Program-made: the position numbers and the translations under genes
Notes under the pieces: generated by a model
What the model was told of the DNA's origin: nothing
Database searches by the model: none
What the model saw: only the letters and a program-made list of their open reading frames with translations
Part shown: piece by piece, positions 46,317 through 55,176 of the stretch
How positions within the stretch are numbered: the stretch's first letter is position 1
Layout: each line of letters opens with the position of its first letter
NCBI GenBank assembly: GCA_025356665.1
Contig: JANXRV010000123.1
Coordinates: 8,113-72,112 of the forward strand
Direction: 5' to 3'
Length of the DNA: 64,000 nucleotides
Origin: Pseudomonadota bacterium
Lineage (GTDB): Bacteria > Pseudomonadota > Gammaproteobacteria > Burkholderiales > SG8-39

Positions 46317-47966
46317 ATGTCCGCACCATCCCCGGTAATTTCTCCATTGTTGAGCGCGGCGGTCATCGTTGTCGGTGCCGGCCCGGTCGGCCTGACGCTT
46401 GCCAACGTGCTGGGCCAGGCGGGCATTCACACTATCGTCATCGACCGCGAGGAGGGCACCGTCGCCGAGGCGCGCGCGGTGTCTATAGACGACGAGTCGC
46501 TGCGCTCCATGCAGGCCATCGGCCTGGGGCCGGAGATACTCAAGGATGTGGTGCCCGGTTACGGCAGTCATTACTACACCGGGCCGCGCGGCCGCCAGTT
46601 CGCCATGGTCGAGCCGACGGTCAGCGACTATGGCTTTCCGCGGCGCAACGCCTTTCGCCAGCCCTTGTTCGAGGCCTCGCTGTTGCACGGTTTGCTGCGC
46701 TTTTCCTGCGTGCGTGTTTTGTTCGGGCATACGCTTGAGACCATCACCCAGGACGCCGGCGCTGTGATTGCCGGCGTCACGGCAGCCGATGGGACAAGCC
46801 TGCGCATTGGCGCGCACTGGCTCGCCGCCTGCGACGGTGGCCGCAGCACAGTGCGCAAGCTGCTTGGCGTGGAAATGGCCGGTTCGAGTTTCCGCGCGCG
46901 TTGGCTGGTGCTGGACACCGAAAACGACAATGACAGCTACCGCCATTCGCGCGTTTATTGCAATGCCGCGCGCGCGGTGCTCGATATTCCCGGGCCGCAG
47001 CACACGCGCCGCTTCGAATTTTTGCTCAAAGAGGGCGAGGACGAAGAGGCGATCATGGCGCCCGAGTGCGTGCGTGAACTGCTGCGTCCCTACCGTGGCG
47101 AGCAAGCCACCAACATCGTGCGCAAGATCGTCTATACCTTTCATGCGCGCATGGCGGAAAAATGGCGCGTCGGCCGCGTCTTTCTTGCCGGTGATGCGGC
47201 CCACCTCACCCCGCCCTATGCAGGGCAGGGCCTGAACAGCGGCGTGCGCGATGCCCATAACCTTGGCTGGAAGCTTGCGGCCGCATGTCGCGGACTGCTT
47301 GGCGACAAGGCCCTCGACTCCTACGAGTCCGAACGCCGCGACCACGCCTGGTCGCTGATTCAACTCGCGCTCAATCTGGGTGTGGTGATGGCGCCGAAAA
47401 ACCGCCTGCATGCGGCCGCCGTGGTGTGGTTTTTTACGCTGGTGGGCTTGATTCCACCGCTGCGCGATTATTTTTTGCAGATGCGCTTCAAGCCGAAACC
47501 ACGGTTTGAGCAAGGCCTGATCGTTGCTGATGCGGCTGCGGGCAAGGCCTCTTTGGTAGGGCGCATGCTGCCCCAGCCCATGGTTTGCGGCGCCGACGGC
47601 CGCAGCCAGTTGCTTGACGAGTTCATCGGCGCGGGTTTTGCGATCATTGCCACCGGGACGGCTGGTGAGGCGGCGCTTGCGGCCTTGGTTGATCCCCTGT
47701 GGAGCCGCCTGGACGTCCGGCGTATCGTCATCGTCGAAGCCGGTGAAATTCCAGGCGGCGTGGTCGCAAACAATGCGCCCAAGACCGTCGACTGCCAGCG
47801 CGTCGTTGACAGCGCTGGCGCGATGGCCGGCGTGCGCGCCGCCGCAGGCGGGCGCCTGATCCTCGTGCGCCCTGATCGCTATGTCGCCGGTGTTTTTGAG
47901 GCTGCCGATGAGGCGGCCTTTGCCATCCGCTTCCGGCGCCTGCTCGATGGCAGCGCCACAGTTTGA
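46317..47966 (+). CDS. MhpA-like FAD-dependent aromatic hydroxylase
   Basis: VGAGPVG, ACDGGRS, FLAGDAAH..PPYAGQGLNSG.RDA.NL.WKL and LVRPDRYV motifs. Confidence 0.9.
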   Translation: MSAPSPVISPLLSAAVIVVGAGPVGLTLANVLGQAGIHTIVIDREEGTVAEARAVSIDDESLRSMQAIGLGPEILKDVVPGYGSHYYTGPRGRQFAMVEPTVSDYGFPRRNAFRQPLFEASLLHGLLRFSCVRVLFGHTLETITQDAGAVIAGVTAADGTSLRIGAHWLAACDGGRSTVRKLLGVEMAGSSFRARWLVLDTENDNDSYRHSRVYCNAARAVLDIPGPQHTRRFEFLLKEGEDEEAIMAPECVRELLRPYRGEQATNIVRKIVYTFHARMAEKWRVGRVFLAGDAAHLTPPYAGQGLNSGVRDAHNLGWKLAAACRGLLGDKALDSYESERRDHAWSLIQLALNLGVVMAPKNRLHAAAVVWFFTLVGLIPPLRDYFLQMRFKPKPRFEQGLIVADAAAGKASLVGRMLPQPMVCGADGRSQLLDEFIGAGFAIIATGTAGEAALAALVDPLWSRLDVRRIVIVEAGEIPGGVVANNAPKTVDCQRVVDSAGAMAGVRAAAGGRLILVRPDRYVAGVFEAADEAAFAIRFRRLLDGSATV

Positions 47967-47986
47967 AACAGCCGAAAGCCACGATC

Positions 47987-48868
47987 ATGTCCCGACTGCA
48001 GACGTCCACTCCGGCGCGCCTTCACCACCTGCATCTCACCAGCGAGGATCCCAAGGCCCTTGCGCGTTTTTATGTCGATCTGATGGACCTTACCCCGACT
48101 GAAATTGACGGCGGCGCGATCTTGCTGCGGGGTGGTCTGCGCAGCCTTCAGGTGAGCCGCGGGCCGTCGCGCGCGCTGGCCTGGAGTGCCTATGCCCTTG
48201 CCGACGATGCCGCCCTGGCCCGGCTGCGCGCGCGACTCGCGGCGGATGGTTTCGGTGCAAGGGACATGCACAGCATGCAGCCTATTAAGGCCCCGCTGTT
48301 TGGCGATGGTGCGTTTGTCGTCGCCGACCCGCAGGGCAGGCGCGTGGTGTTCGGTGTTCCTGCCGACGATAACGCCAGCCCTGTAGTTCGCGATGGGCGT
48401 CGCGATGCGCGCCCTGCGCGCATGCAGCACGTGGTGTTCCAGACCACAGAGCTTGACGCCATGGTGGCGTTTTACTCGGGCAGGCTTGGCTTCACGGTTT
48501 CGGACCGCGTGGTGGAGGAGGATGGCAGCCTCGCCGTGTGTTTCATGCGCTCGGATGACGAGCACCATAGCGTGGCTTTTTTCCGCGGCGTGCGCAACGA
48601 GCTCGACCACCATTGCTATGAGACCGACGGCTGGATGGACATACGCGACTGGGGTGATCGATTCGCCAGGGTTCGCATTCCGATATTTTTCGGCCCCGGC
48701 CGCCACGGCCCCGGTGACAACCTGTTCTTCATGGTCAACGATCCGGATGGCAACAAGGTGGAGTTGTCCGCCGAGATCGAGATCGTCAAGGCCGACAAAC
48801 CGGCCGGAGTCTGGCCGCAAAGCGAATACACACTCAATAGCTGGGGCCGTGCCTGGATGCGCAGCTAA
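47987..48868 (+). CDS. VOC-family extradiol ring-cleavage dioxygenase-like protein
   Basis: MQHVVF, EHHSVAF, LDHHCYE and GPGRHGPGDNLFFMVNDPDGNKVE motifs. Confidence 0.87.
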   Translation: MSRLQTSTPARLHHLHLTSEDPKALARFYVDLMDLTPTEIDGGAILLRGGLRSLQVSRGPSRALAWSAYALADDAALARLRARLAADGFGARDMHSMQPIKAPLFGDGAFVVADPQGRRVVFGVPADDNASPVVRDGRRDARPARMQHVVFQTTELDAMVAFYSGRLGFTVSDRVVEEDGSLAVCFMRSDDEHHSVAFFRGVRNELDHHCYETDGWMDIRDWGDRFARVRIPIFFGPGRHGPGDNLFFMVNDPDGNKVELSAEIEIVKADKPAGVWPQSEYTLNSWGRAWMRS

Positions 48869-48886
48869 GAGGTGGCGCAGATGGGG

Positions 48887-48918
48887 TGGCTGGAAAGCCG
48901 GATAAGGGTTTCCAGCCA
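48887..48918. repeat. REP-like palindrome of the GGCTGGAAA family between convergent genes
   Basis: tggctggaaagcc-ggataa-gggtttccagcca. Confidence 0.78.
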
Positions 48919-48934
48919 ATGCCGGTGGGTTTTT

Positions 48935-49561
48935 CTAAAAACGTCCGCCCAGGGCGTAAAAAGCCAGCTTGGCTACTTCAAGCAGCACGTTTCTTGCAGC
49001 CTGCTGGTCGGTCCACCACTTTTCCGGAAATTCTTCAAAGCGTGTGGCGACGATACGGATGTCGGCCTCGGGCATGGTGCGGCGAAATATGTTGCCGGTG
49101 CGCCGGGTGTGGAAGGGCGAGGTGATGACCAGAATGCGGCGTTCGCCGCGTGCGACCAGCGCCTTGGCCGCCTGCGCTTCGGTGGCCGTGCTGACCATGT
49201 CCTTCGCCAGCCATGCTATCGCGTCCGCCGGCACGCCTTTTTTCAGCAGGATCTGACGGCTGATATCCTCTATGAACGGAAATGCGATGCCTTCGTCATC
49301 AAGCAGACGCAATGACGGGTCGCGCACCGCGGCGCTGATATACACTCTGGGGGCATACCCTTCGCGATATAGTTGGGCCGCCTCGAAAACACGTGTCAAA
49401 TCGCCGGACAGCAGGACGATGGCGTCGGCTTTTTGTGGCGCGTCGGCATGATGCAACCAGCGCCCGGCAGAATATAGTGCCGCCGATGCGACGAACGATG
49501 CGACAACAACAAGCCCGACAATGAACAGCAGGCAACGCTTGATGCAAGACATGATGGTCAT
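48935..49561 (-). CDS. YdcF/ElyC/SanA (DUF218) family protein
   Basis: N-terminal TM segment, ADAIVLLSG, STATEA, ITSPFHTRR and E.AK motifs. Confidence 0.88.
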   Translation of the reverse strand: MTIMSCIKRCLLFIVGLVVVASFVASAALYSAGRWLHHADAPQKADAIVLLSGDLTRVFEAAQLYREGYAPRVYISAAVRDPSLRLLDDEGIAFPFIEDISRQILLKKGVPADAIAWLAKDMVSTATEAQAAKALVARGERRILVITSPFHTRRTGNIFRRTMPEADIRIVATRFEEFPEKWWTDQQAARNVLLEVAKLAFYALGGRF

Positions 49562-49588
49562 TTCCTTTTCTCTTTCGCTATTTTATCC

Positions 49589-50380
49589 ATGAAGCTGCTG
49601 CGCAAGTGGCTCGGTGGCGAATATGTCGAGGTCAGCGAATCGGCGGGCGTGCGCTCCTTGCATCTGGGCGGCGATGCCATACAAAGCGCGATGCGCTTAT
49701 CGGCACCGGACAAACTCGAGCTGCATTACACGCAGGCGATGATGGCCTGCCTGCTGTTCCGGCCCGATCCGGGCGCTATCCTGATGATCGGCCTTGGCGG
49801 CGGATCCTTGGTCACATACGTGCGCGGCACCCTGCCCAAGGCGCGCATGACCGTGATCGAGATCAGCGCCAAGGTGGTGGCTGCTGCGCGCAGCTTTTTT
49901 TCGCTGCCCGGTGACGATGAAACGCTGCGTGTGGTGGTGGACGATGGCGCGAAATACGTCGCCAGGGAGGCGGCCGAGGTCGATGTGCTGCTGCTCGATG
50001 GCTTTGACGACGGCGCGCAGGCCAAGCCGCTTTGCACCGCGTCTTTTTACCAGTACGCCTACGAGGCCCTGTCTGCGGACGGGGTGCTGGTGGTGAACTT
50101 CATGGCCGAAGACCCGAAGCTTGAGCTTTACCGTTCGCGCATCGCCCAGACCTTTAACGGCCGCCTGGTGTGCATGCATGCGGCCGACCGGGTCAATGTC
50201 ATTCTGTTCGCCTTTCGTGGCGCCGACACCCGCGTCGCCTGGGAGACGCTGCGCAAGCGCGCGAAATCGCTTAAGCGCAACCATCCCAACCTGCCGCTGG
50301 AAAAATTCATCACCCTGCTGCGCGAGGGCAACGCGCATACGGCGAACTACCTCAGCATCAGGGGAGAACGGGCGGCGTAA
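49589..50380 (+). CDS. Spermidine synthase-like SAM-dependent transferase
   Basis: VRSLHLG..IQSAM, YTQAMM, IGLGGGSL and DVLLLDGFD motifs. Confidence 0.88.
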   Translation: MKLLRKWLGGEYVEVSESAGVRSLHLGGDAIQSAMRLSAPDKLELHYTQAMMACLLFRPDPGAILMIGLGGGSLVTYVRGTLPKARMTVIEISAKVVAAARSFFSLPGDDETLRVVVDDGAKYVAREAAEVDVLLLDGFDDGAQAKPLCTASFYQYAYEALSADGVLVVNFMAEDPKLELYRSRIAQTFNGRLVCMHAADRVNVILFAFRGADTRVAWETLRKRAKSLKRNHPNLPLEKFITLLREGNAHTANYLSIRGERAA

Positions 50381-50486
50381 GGGTAGGGTCGATTGGCTCC
50401 CCTTCCTGCGCACGTATGGAACTATGTGCGTGGTTCCAGATCCAGGATTGCGGCTACTGCTGGAGGGTGTCCCCGCGGCAAACCCG

Positions 50487-50798
50487 CTACGGTGCAGCGT
50501 CTTCAATGATGAGGCTAACCTCGTCATCGTTCACCGTCACAGGAAAGGTCTGCACGGGTTTTCCCGCATTTCCCTTGCCCTTCCACACATCGACTCGAAA
50601 ACTGTGCAGGGGGCACTTCACTGTGGTCCCATCGAACTCGCCCTCGCCTAGGGAAGCACCGCGGTGCGGACACCGGTTGTTGATCGCCGCACACCGCTCG
50701 CCCACCCGGAATACCGCGACGCGCAGTCGTTCGCTAACCTCGACGATCTTGCAGCCGCCGTCCGGGATTTCGTTCCTGCTGATCTTGATGATTGCCAC
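50487..50798 (-). CDS. Rieske (2Fe-2S) ferredoxin
   Basis: NRCPHRGASLGEG and CPLHS motifs; 103 aa. Confidence 0.92.
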   Translation of the reverse strand: MAIIKISRNEIPDGGCKIVEVSERLRVAVFRVGERCAAINNRCPHRGASLGEGEFDGTTVKCPLHSFRVDVWKGKGNAGKPVQTFPVTVNDDEVSLIIEDAAP

Positions 50799-50923
50799 GG
50801 TCTAGCCTTTCCACGTTTTTTTCCACCGTCGCCAGTGTTGGAAATTTTCATTATTTCGAGAGACCGTATTCTGTCGTTAGTCGTCAATAAATTCCACTCT
50901 TATGATGAGCTCCTTGCAAAAGT

Positions 50924-50949
50924 CTAAATTCGCGAACTAAATTCGTGAA
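50924..50949. promoter_or_regulatory. Tandem 13-bp operator-like sites (CTAAATTCGYGAA twice)
   Basis: Direct repeat with internal TTCGYGAA palindrome in the Rieske/Bug divergent region; related sites at 52938, 53847 and 63867. Confidence 0.55.
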
Positions 50950-51117
50950 TATTGCGGCGTGCCGTTTAGTCCACGTGGGACATTTTCCAGGTGATTATGA
51001 TCAGTGTGTTAGTGTTCTGTGTGTTTTATGCGCTGGCTGGTTTAAATAAATACTTTGCGCACTCCACTGCGCACTGTTTGACATACGTCTGAGCACAATT
51101 TTCTATTAGGGACAGAT

Positions 51118-52101
51118 ATGCGTTTGAATTTTTTAACCTTCGTTTTTCAGATTTTGAGTGTTTTGAGTGTCGTGCTCCCCTTTTCGAATGCGTATGCCCA
51201 GAACATTTGGCCGAATAAGCCCGTCAAGCTGATTTTGCAAAGTCCTCCCGGTGGAACTAGCGACTTGATTGCGCGGCTCCTACAAGCACCGCTCCAGGAA
51301 GCGCTCGGGCAGCCCGTGATAATCGAAAGTCGCCCCGGCAGCTTTGGCATTCCGGCAGGGATCGTGGTCGCGAATGGAGGATCCGACGGGCATACCTTCG
51401 GGCTCTTTGGCAGCAGTTTGGCGAGCAACGTAGTGATGCAGAAGAGTCTGCCTTACGACTCATTGCGTGACTTTACGCCGGTTAGCTTAGTAGCTCGAAC
51501 TCCGAACCTGATTTCGGTAAATGCATCCAGTCCGATAACCTCTATCCAAGATCTGGTGGCGGCGGCAAAGGCAAAGCCTGGGAGCCTAAGTTTCGGCACG
51601 CCGGGACCCGGGCTGACGCAGCACTTTGCTGGTGAATGGTTGAATTTTCTGGCCGGTATAAACATGGTGCACGTGCCCTACAAGGGGGCTGGGCCGGCAA
51701 TGAACGACACGATGGGCGGGCAAATTCCGGTTGTGATAACCGTAGCAGGGTCCGCTACTGCGCTGGTGCAATCGGGCCGTTTGCGTGCGCTGGCCGTAAC
51801 AGGCCTCGAGCGGTTACCACTGTTCCCGAACGTGCCTACAGTTGCGGAGCAGGGTTATCCCGGCTTTTCCATAGTTGAGTGGTTCGGTATCGTGGGGGCT
51901 CCGGGTATCCCAGTTGAAGTCACAAGAAGGCTTAATGTCGAGGTCAATCGAGCGCTCAGAATCCCCGCAATTGCGGAGCGGCTTCGAAACCTCGGGTTTC
52001 AGCCGGGTTCACAGAGTCCCGGGGAATTCCAAGCATTTATAGAGGAAGAGGTGAAGATTATCCGCACTATCGTTCGCAGCGCGAAAATCAGCGTCGACTA
52101 A
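51118..52101 (+). CDS. Bug/TctC substrate-binding protein
   Basis: WPNKPVKLILQSPPGGTSD, HVPYKG and LRALAVT motifs. Confidence 0.93.
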   Translation: MRLNFLTFVFQILSVLSVVLPFSNAYAQNIWPNKPVKLILQSPPGGTSDLIARLLQAPLQEALGQPVIIESRPGSFGIPAGIVVANGGSDGHTFGLFGSSLASNVVMQKSLPYDSLRDFTPVSLVARTPNLISVNASSPITSIQDLVAAAKAKPGSLSFGTPGPGLTQHFAGEWLNFLAGINMVHVPYKGAGPAMNDTMGGQIPVVITVAGSATALVQSGRLRALAVTGLERLPLFPNVPTVAEQGYPGFSIVEWFGIVGAPGIPVEVTRRLNVEVNRALRIPAIAERLRNLGFQPGSQSPGEFQAFIEEEVKIIRTIVRSAKISVD

Positions 52102-52171
52102 TGGCATGCGCCTGTGCGATGTAGTCCGCGTGAGCCTGAATCTGCCGCAGCTGTTTCCATCCTGACGTTCT

Positions 52172-52924
52172 TCAGGCCTCTTTCGCCGCACGAGAGGTTT
52201 CTGCGTAGGAGAGCTTTTGTAGTACTTGGTCGCGCTGCTTTCGCACGTGACCTTGTATGGATACCGACAGTGCCTTCAAGTCCGCCCTGAGGTACGCCTG
52301 CCCGATTTCGTGATGCTCCTTCAACATCATGAGAGAAGGATCTTCTTCGCCCAGGTACAGAGCCGAGAGCCAGCGCCGATATTTTTCAAAGTCTTTTAAG
52401 ACCGAGATTAATTGATCATTATCGCAGCGATTGTGTAGTAGATCAGGGAATGCAATTGCCAGAGATGCGTACTCACGAGCGCGCTTTGCGTTAAGGGCAT
52501 CCTTCATCTGAGCAAGAACCTTGACGATTTTTTCATGATCTCCGGGCTTGGCGTTAAGGCTGGAGATAAACGTCCGATTGATTTCGAGGATTATCCAGGT
52601 CTCGTAGGTATCGAATACAAATTTCTTCGTTGGTGTTGCCACCCTCCGATCTCGGGGGCCCAGGCGCTCGGCAAGGCCGTCCCTCTCTAGAGCCGCCAGT
52701 ACATCGCGAACAGGCGATCGGCTGGTCGCGTATTCCTTTGCAATGAACTCCTCTGAAAGCCTACTTCCCGGAGGAAGTTCTCCAGAGACAATTCGTAACT
52801 CAAGATTCTCGTGAAGTTGTTCGGTGAGGCTTCTGCGTTGCAGCTTCAGTAGACGGGAGCCAATGGGCTTTTCCGCCACTTCAGCTATGGGTTTTATTAG
52901 TGCTACTTTTTTTGATTTTTCCAT
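52172..52924 (-). CDS. GntR/FadR-family transcriptional regulator
   Basis: IVSGELPPGSRLSE...SRSPVRDVL..LERDGL winged HTH, followed by an FCD-like C-terminus (EH..I). Confidence 0.9.
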   Translation of the reverse strand: MEKSKKVALIKPIAEVAEKPIGSRLLKLQRRSLTEQLHENLELRIVSGELPPGSRLSEEFIAKEYATSRSPVRDVLAALERDGLAERLGPRDRRVATPTKKFVFDTYETWIILEINRTFISSLNAKPGDHEKIVKVLAQMKDALNAKRAREYASLAIAFPDLLHNRCDNDQLISVLKDFEKYRRWLSALYLGEEDPSLMMLKEHHEIGQAYLRADLKALSVSIQGHVRKQRDQVLQKLSYAETSRAAKEA

Positions 52925-52968
52925 GTGCTGGTGTTTCCACGCGAATTTTTAAGCGGTGTTACCCGTGC

Positions 52969-53835
52969 TCAGGCAATCCGCGCGGGCAGGGCTAACCACT
53001 GCCGAGCACGTATCACCCATTCTGAATGGGCATCCCGAGCGGCCTCATGTGTGCCGAAGTGAGTAAGCCCCTTTAATTCTAACAGTTCCACCCTGCATCC
53101 TGAGTTGGTGAGTGCCTCTGCCATATTCCGAGCTTGTGGGAGGAGTTCGGGCAAATCTTGTGTCCCAAAGGCGATAAGAAATGGGGTGTGATTTCCGCTG
53201 GTATGCAGCACAGGACTCGCAGCTTCCGTGTCTGCCAGATCATCCAGGAAATTCGAAACCTTCATTCTGCGGACAGGATCGTCGCTGCGTAGGTCAAAGG
53301 GCGCGCTGATGGGCATGCACGCCGTCGGGATATTTTTGGGAATGCCCCTGCTTGTCGAGAGATCTGACCTTACTGTGGCCAGAGCGGCTAGGTGACCTCC
53401 TGATGAGTGCCCCCCGAGAAAAATTCGATCCGGGTCCCCGCCGTGCTTGGCTATGTTTTCAGAGACCCATTTTAGTCCGTCGAGAACATCTTCCAAGGGC
53501 TTCGGAAATTTCGCTAACGGTGCCAGCCGATGCGATATCGACACAAAAATCGCCGGCAGCGAACAAAAAGCAGGTGCCATAAATCCCATCCATTCTTTGT
53601 ACCCGTTCGCCCACGCTCCGCCGTGTACAAAGCACAGCACCGGCACGTCACGGGCAGAGGAGTCCGCAGGCAGATACACATCGAGTTTTTGCCAGTAATC
53701 ATTGCCAAAGGGAACATCGAGCAGGGTTCGGGACTGTTCTTGTGCCAGTCGTGACCACTCGAGAATGCGCGCAGAGTAGGCAGGACCATCCGGATGGATC
53801 AGGGGGGGGAGTTCTGGCAAATCTTCAAAGGACAT
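52969..53835 (-). CDS. Alpha/beta hydrolase, arylformamidase/kynurenine formamidase-like
   Basis: QKLDVY, VHGGAW, RLAP, GHSSGGHL and THF motifs. Confidence 0.85.
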   Translation of the reverse strand: MSFEDLPELPPLIHPDGPAYSARILEWSRLAQEQSRTLLDVPFGNDYWQKLDVYLPADSSARDVPVLCFVHGGAWANGYKEWMGFMAPAFCSLPAIFVSISHRLAPLAKFPKPLEDVLDGLKWVSENIAKHGGDPDRIFLGGHSSGGHLAALATVRSDLSTSRGIPKNIPTACMPISAPFDLRSDDPVRRMKVSNFLDDLADTEAASPVLHTSGNHTPFLIAFGTQDLPELLPQARNMAEALTNSGCRVELLELKGLTHFGTHEAARDAHSEWVIRARQWLALPARIA

Positions 53836-53863
53836 TGGTATTCCCTTTTGCGAAATTAGTGTG

Positions 53864-53884
53864 TATCGTGCTTTGTACACGATA
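53864..53884. promoter_or_regulatory. Inverted repeat TATCGTG-N7-CACGATA
   Basis: Perfect 7-bp arms in the hydrolase/diiron-oxidase divergent region. Confidence 0.5.
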
Positions 53885-53975
53885 ATGTAATTCTGATTAC
53901 TGGCTAGTGGATTGGGTACCGCAGACGCCGCCAGCCTCCCACAATTCTCATAGAAATTTTTTAATAGGGGTAACC

Positions 53976-54689
53976 ATGTCTCTTACTGCTTCAGCGGTGC
54001 TCGAGGAAATCAAGAATATCCACAAACGCAAGCCGATGTATGGTCATCCGCTTTGGACCGGCATGGTGGATGGTACCTTCAGTCTCGAGCAGGTGCGTTA
54101 TTTCTGTCTGCAGCACGGTGTCATCCCTTTGCACAATCACAACTACCATGGTCGCCTGTACGTTGTTTGTCCGGATGCTGCATGGCGCGAGAAAATTGCG
54201 GAAGTCGCATACGAAGAGGCGACCGGTCGGATTCATGCCGACGGCGTGTCGCACCATAAGCTGTATTTGAACTATGGCAAGGCGTTGGGCCTGTCACGAG
54301 AAGAGATGCTCAACGCCGATTACTGCGGCGGCGGATTGGCATTCAAATCATTCTTCCAAGAATTATGCGGTAAAAATTTTCTCGAGGGTGTTTCTACGCA
54401 CATGTTGGCGGGCGAGGCGCCGATCCCCGGTTTGTACATACGCGTTGCGAAGAAGTTGCAGGAGAAATTTCAACTCTCGGACGAAGGCATCGCGTACTGG
54501 ACGGTGCATGACAGTGCGGACGAAGATCACTCCGATGTCGGCCGAGAACTCCTGGATCAGTTTGCACCCACCGACAAAGACAAGGAACTTGTCCTCAAGA
54601 CCGTGCGTACTACCGTTGATGTCATGCATCTGATGTATGACGATTTTTATGCAAACATGATGCGTATTACCACGGGGAAAAGCAAATAG
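53976..54689 (+). CDS. TenA/PqqC/CADD-family heme-oxygenase-like diiron protein
   Basis: HPLW, YEEATG...SH..LY..YGKALG, GE and YWTVHDSADEDH (E/H/E/H-x3-D-x2-H ligand set). Confidence 0.85.
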   Translation: MSLTASAVLEEIKNIHKRKPMYGHPLWTGMVDGTFSLEQVRYFCLQHGVIPLHNHNYHGRLYVVCPDAAWREKIAEVAYEEATGRIHADGVSHHKLYLNYGKALGLSREEMLNADYCGGGLAFKSFFQELCGKNFLEGVSTHMLAGEAPIPGLYIRVAKKLQEKFQLSDEGIAYWTVHDSADEDHSDVGRELLDQFAPTDKDKELVLKTVRTTVDVMHLMYDDFYANMMRITTGKSK

Positions 54690-54722
54690 CTGCTGCCGAC
54701 CTCTTTACCAGGAAAGTCAAAA

Positions 54723-55127
54723 ATGACTCAACAAACCATTCTCGCGCCAGGGGTACCCGCGGGACCAGCGGGAAGTTTTTCCGCCTGCAAAAGGGTGGGC
54801 GATACGGTATACATTTCGGGGACGGTTGCTTGGGATCAGGATATGAAACCCCTGGGGGGCAACGATGCCTACCAGCAGTCAAGAATAATTTTTGATTACT
54901 TGAAGCGCATCATGGAGGCAGCCGGAGGAGAGATCGACGACATTGTGCGGATCACCGTATTCACTACCGACATGCGTCATCAACCTGCGTTCTGGAAGGC
55001 GCGAAAGGAATTTTTCTCTGGTGATTTTCCCTGCTCTACGCTGGTGTGTGTGTCGGCACTATTCCTGCCCGAGCTTTTAATTGAAGTGGAAGCGACCGGC
55101 GTGATCGGTTCGGCGAAGCGCAATTGA
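54723..55127 (+). CDS. RidA/YjgF family protein lacking the catalytic Arg
   Basis: VYISG, DIVRITVF, FPCSTLV and LLIEVEA motifs. Confidence 0.9.
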   Translation: MTQQTILAPGVPAGPAGSFSACKRVGDTVYISGTVAWDQDMKPLGGNDAYQQSRIIFDYLKRIMEAAGGEIDDIVRITVFTTDMRHQPAFWKARKEFFSGDFPCSTLVCVSALFLPELLIEVEATGVIGSAKRN

Positions 55128-55176
55128 GGTACCTGGCCCAGGCGGCGAGTTACGTAGTGATTAGAAAAAAAAGCCA

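Noticed and set aside
50394-50402. tRNA gene
   Set aside because: Only a 9-bp tRNA-end-like string is present; no T-arm or cloverleaf.
53976-54689. PQQ biosynthesis gene pqqC
   Set aside because: No pqqA/B/D/E nearby; the ligand pattern fits CADD-type diiron proteins better.
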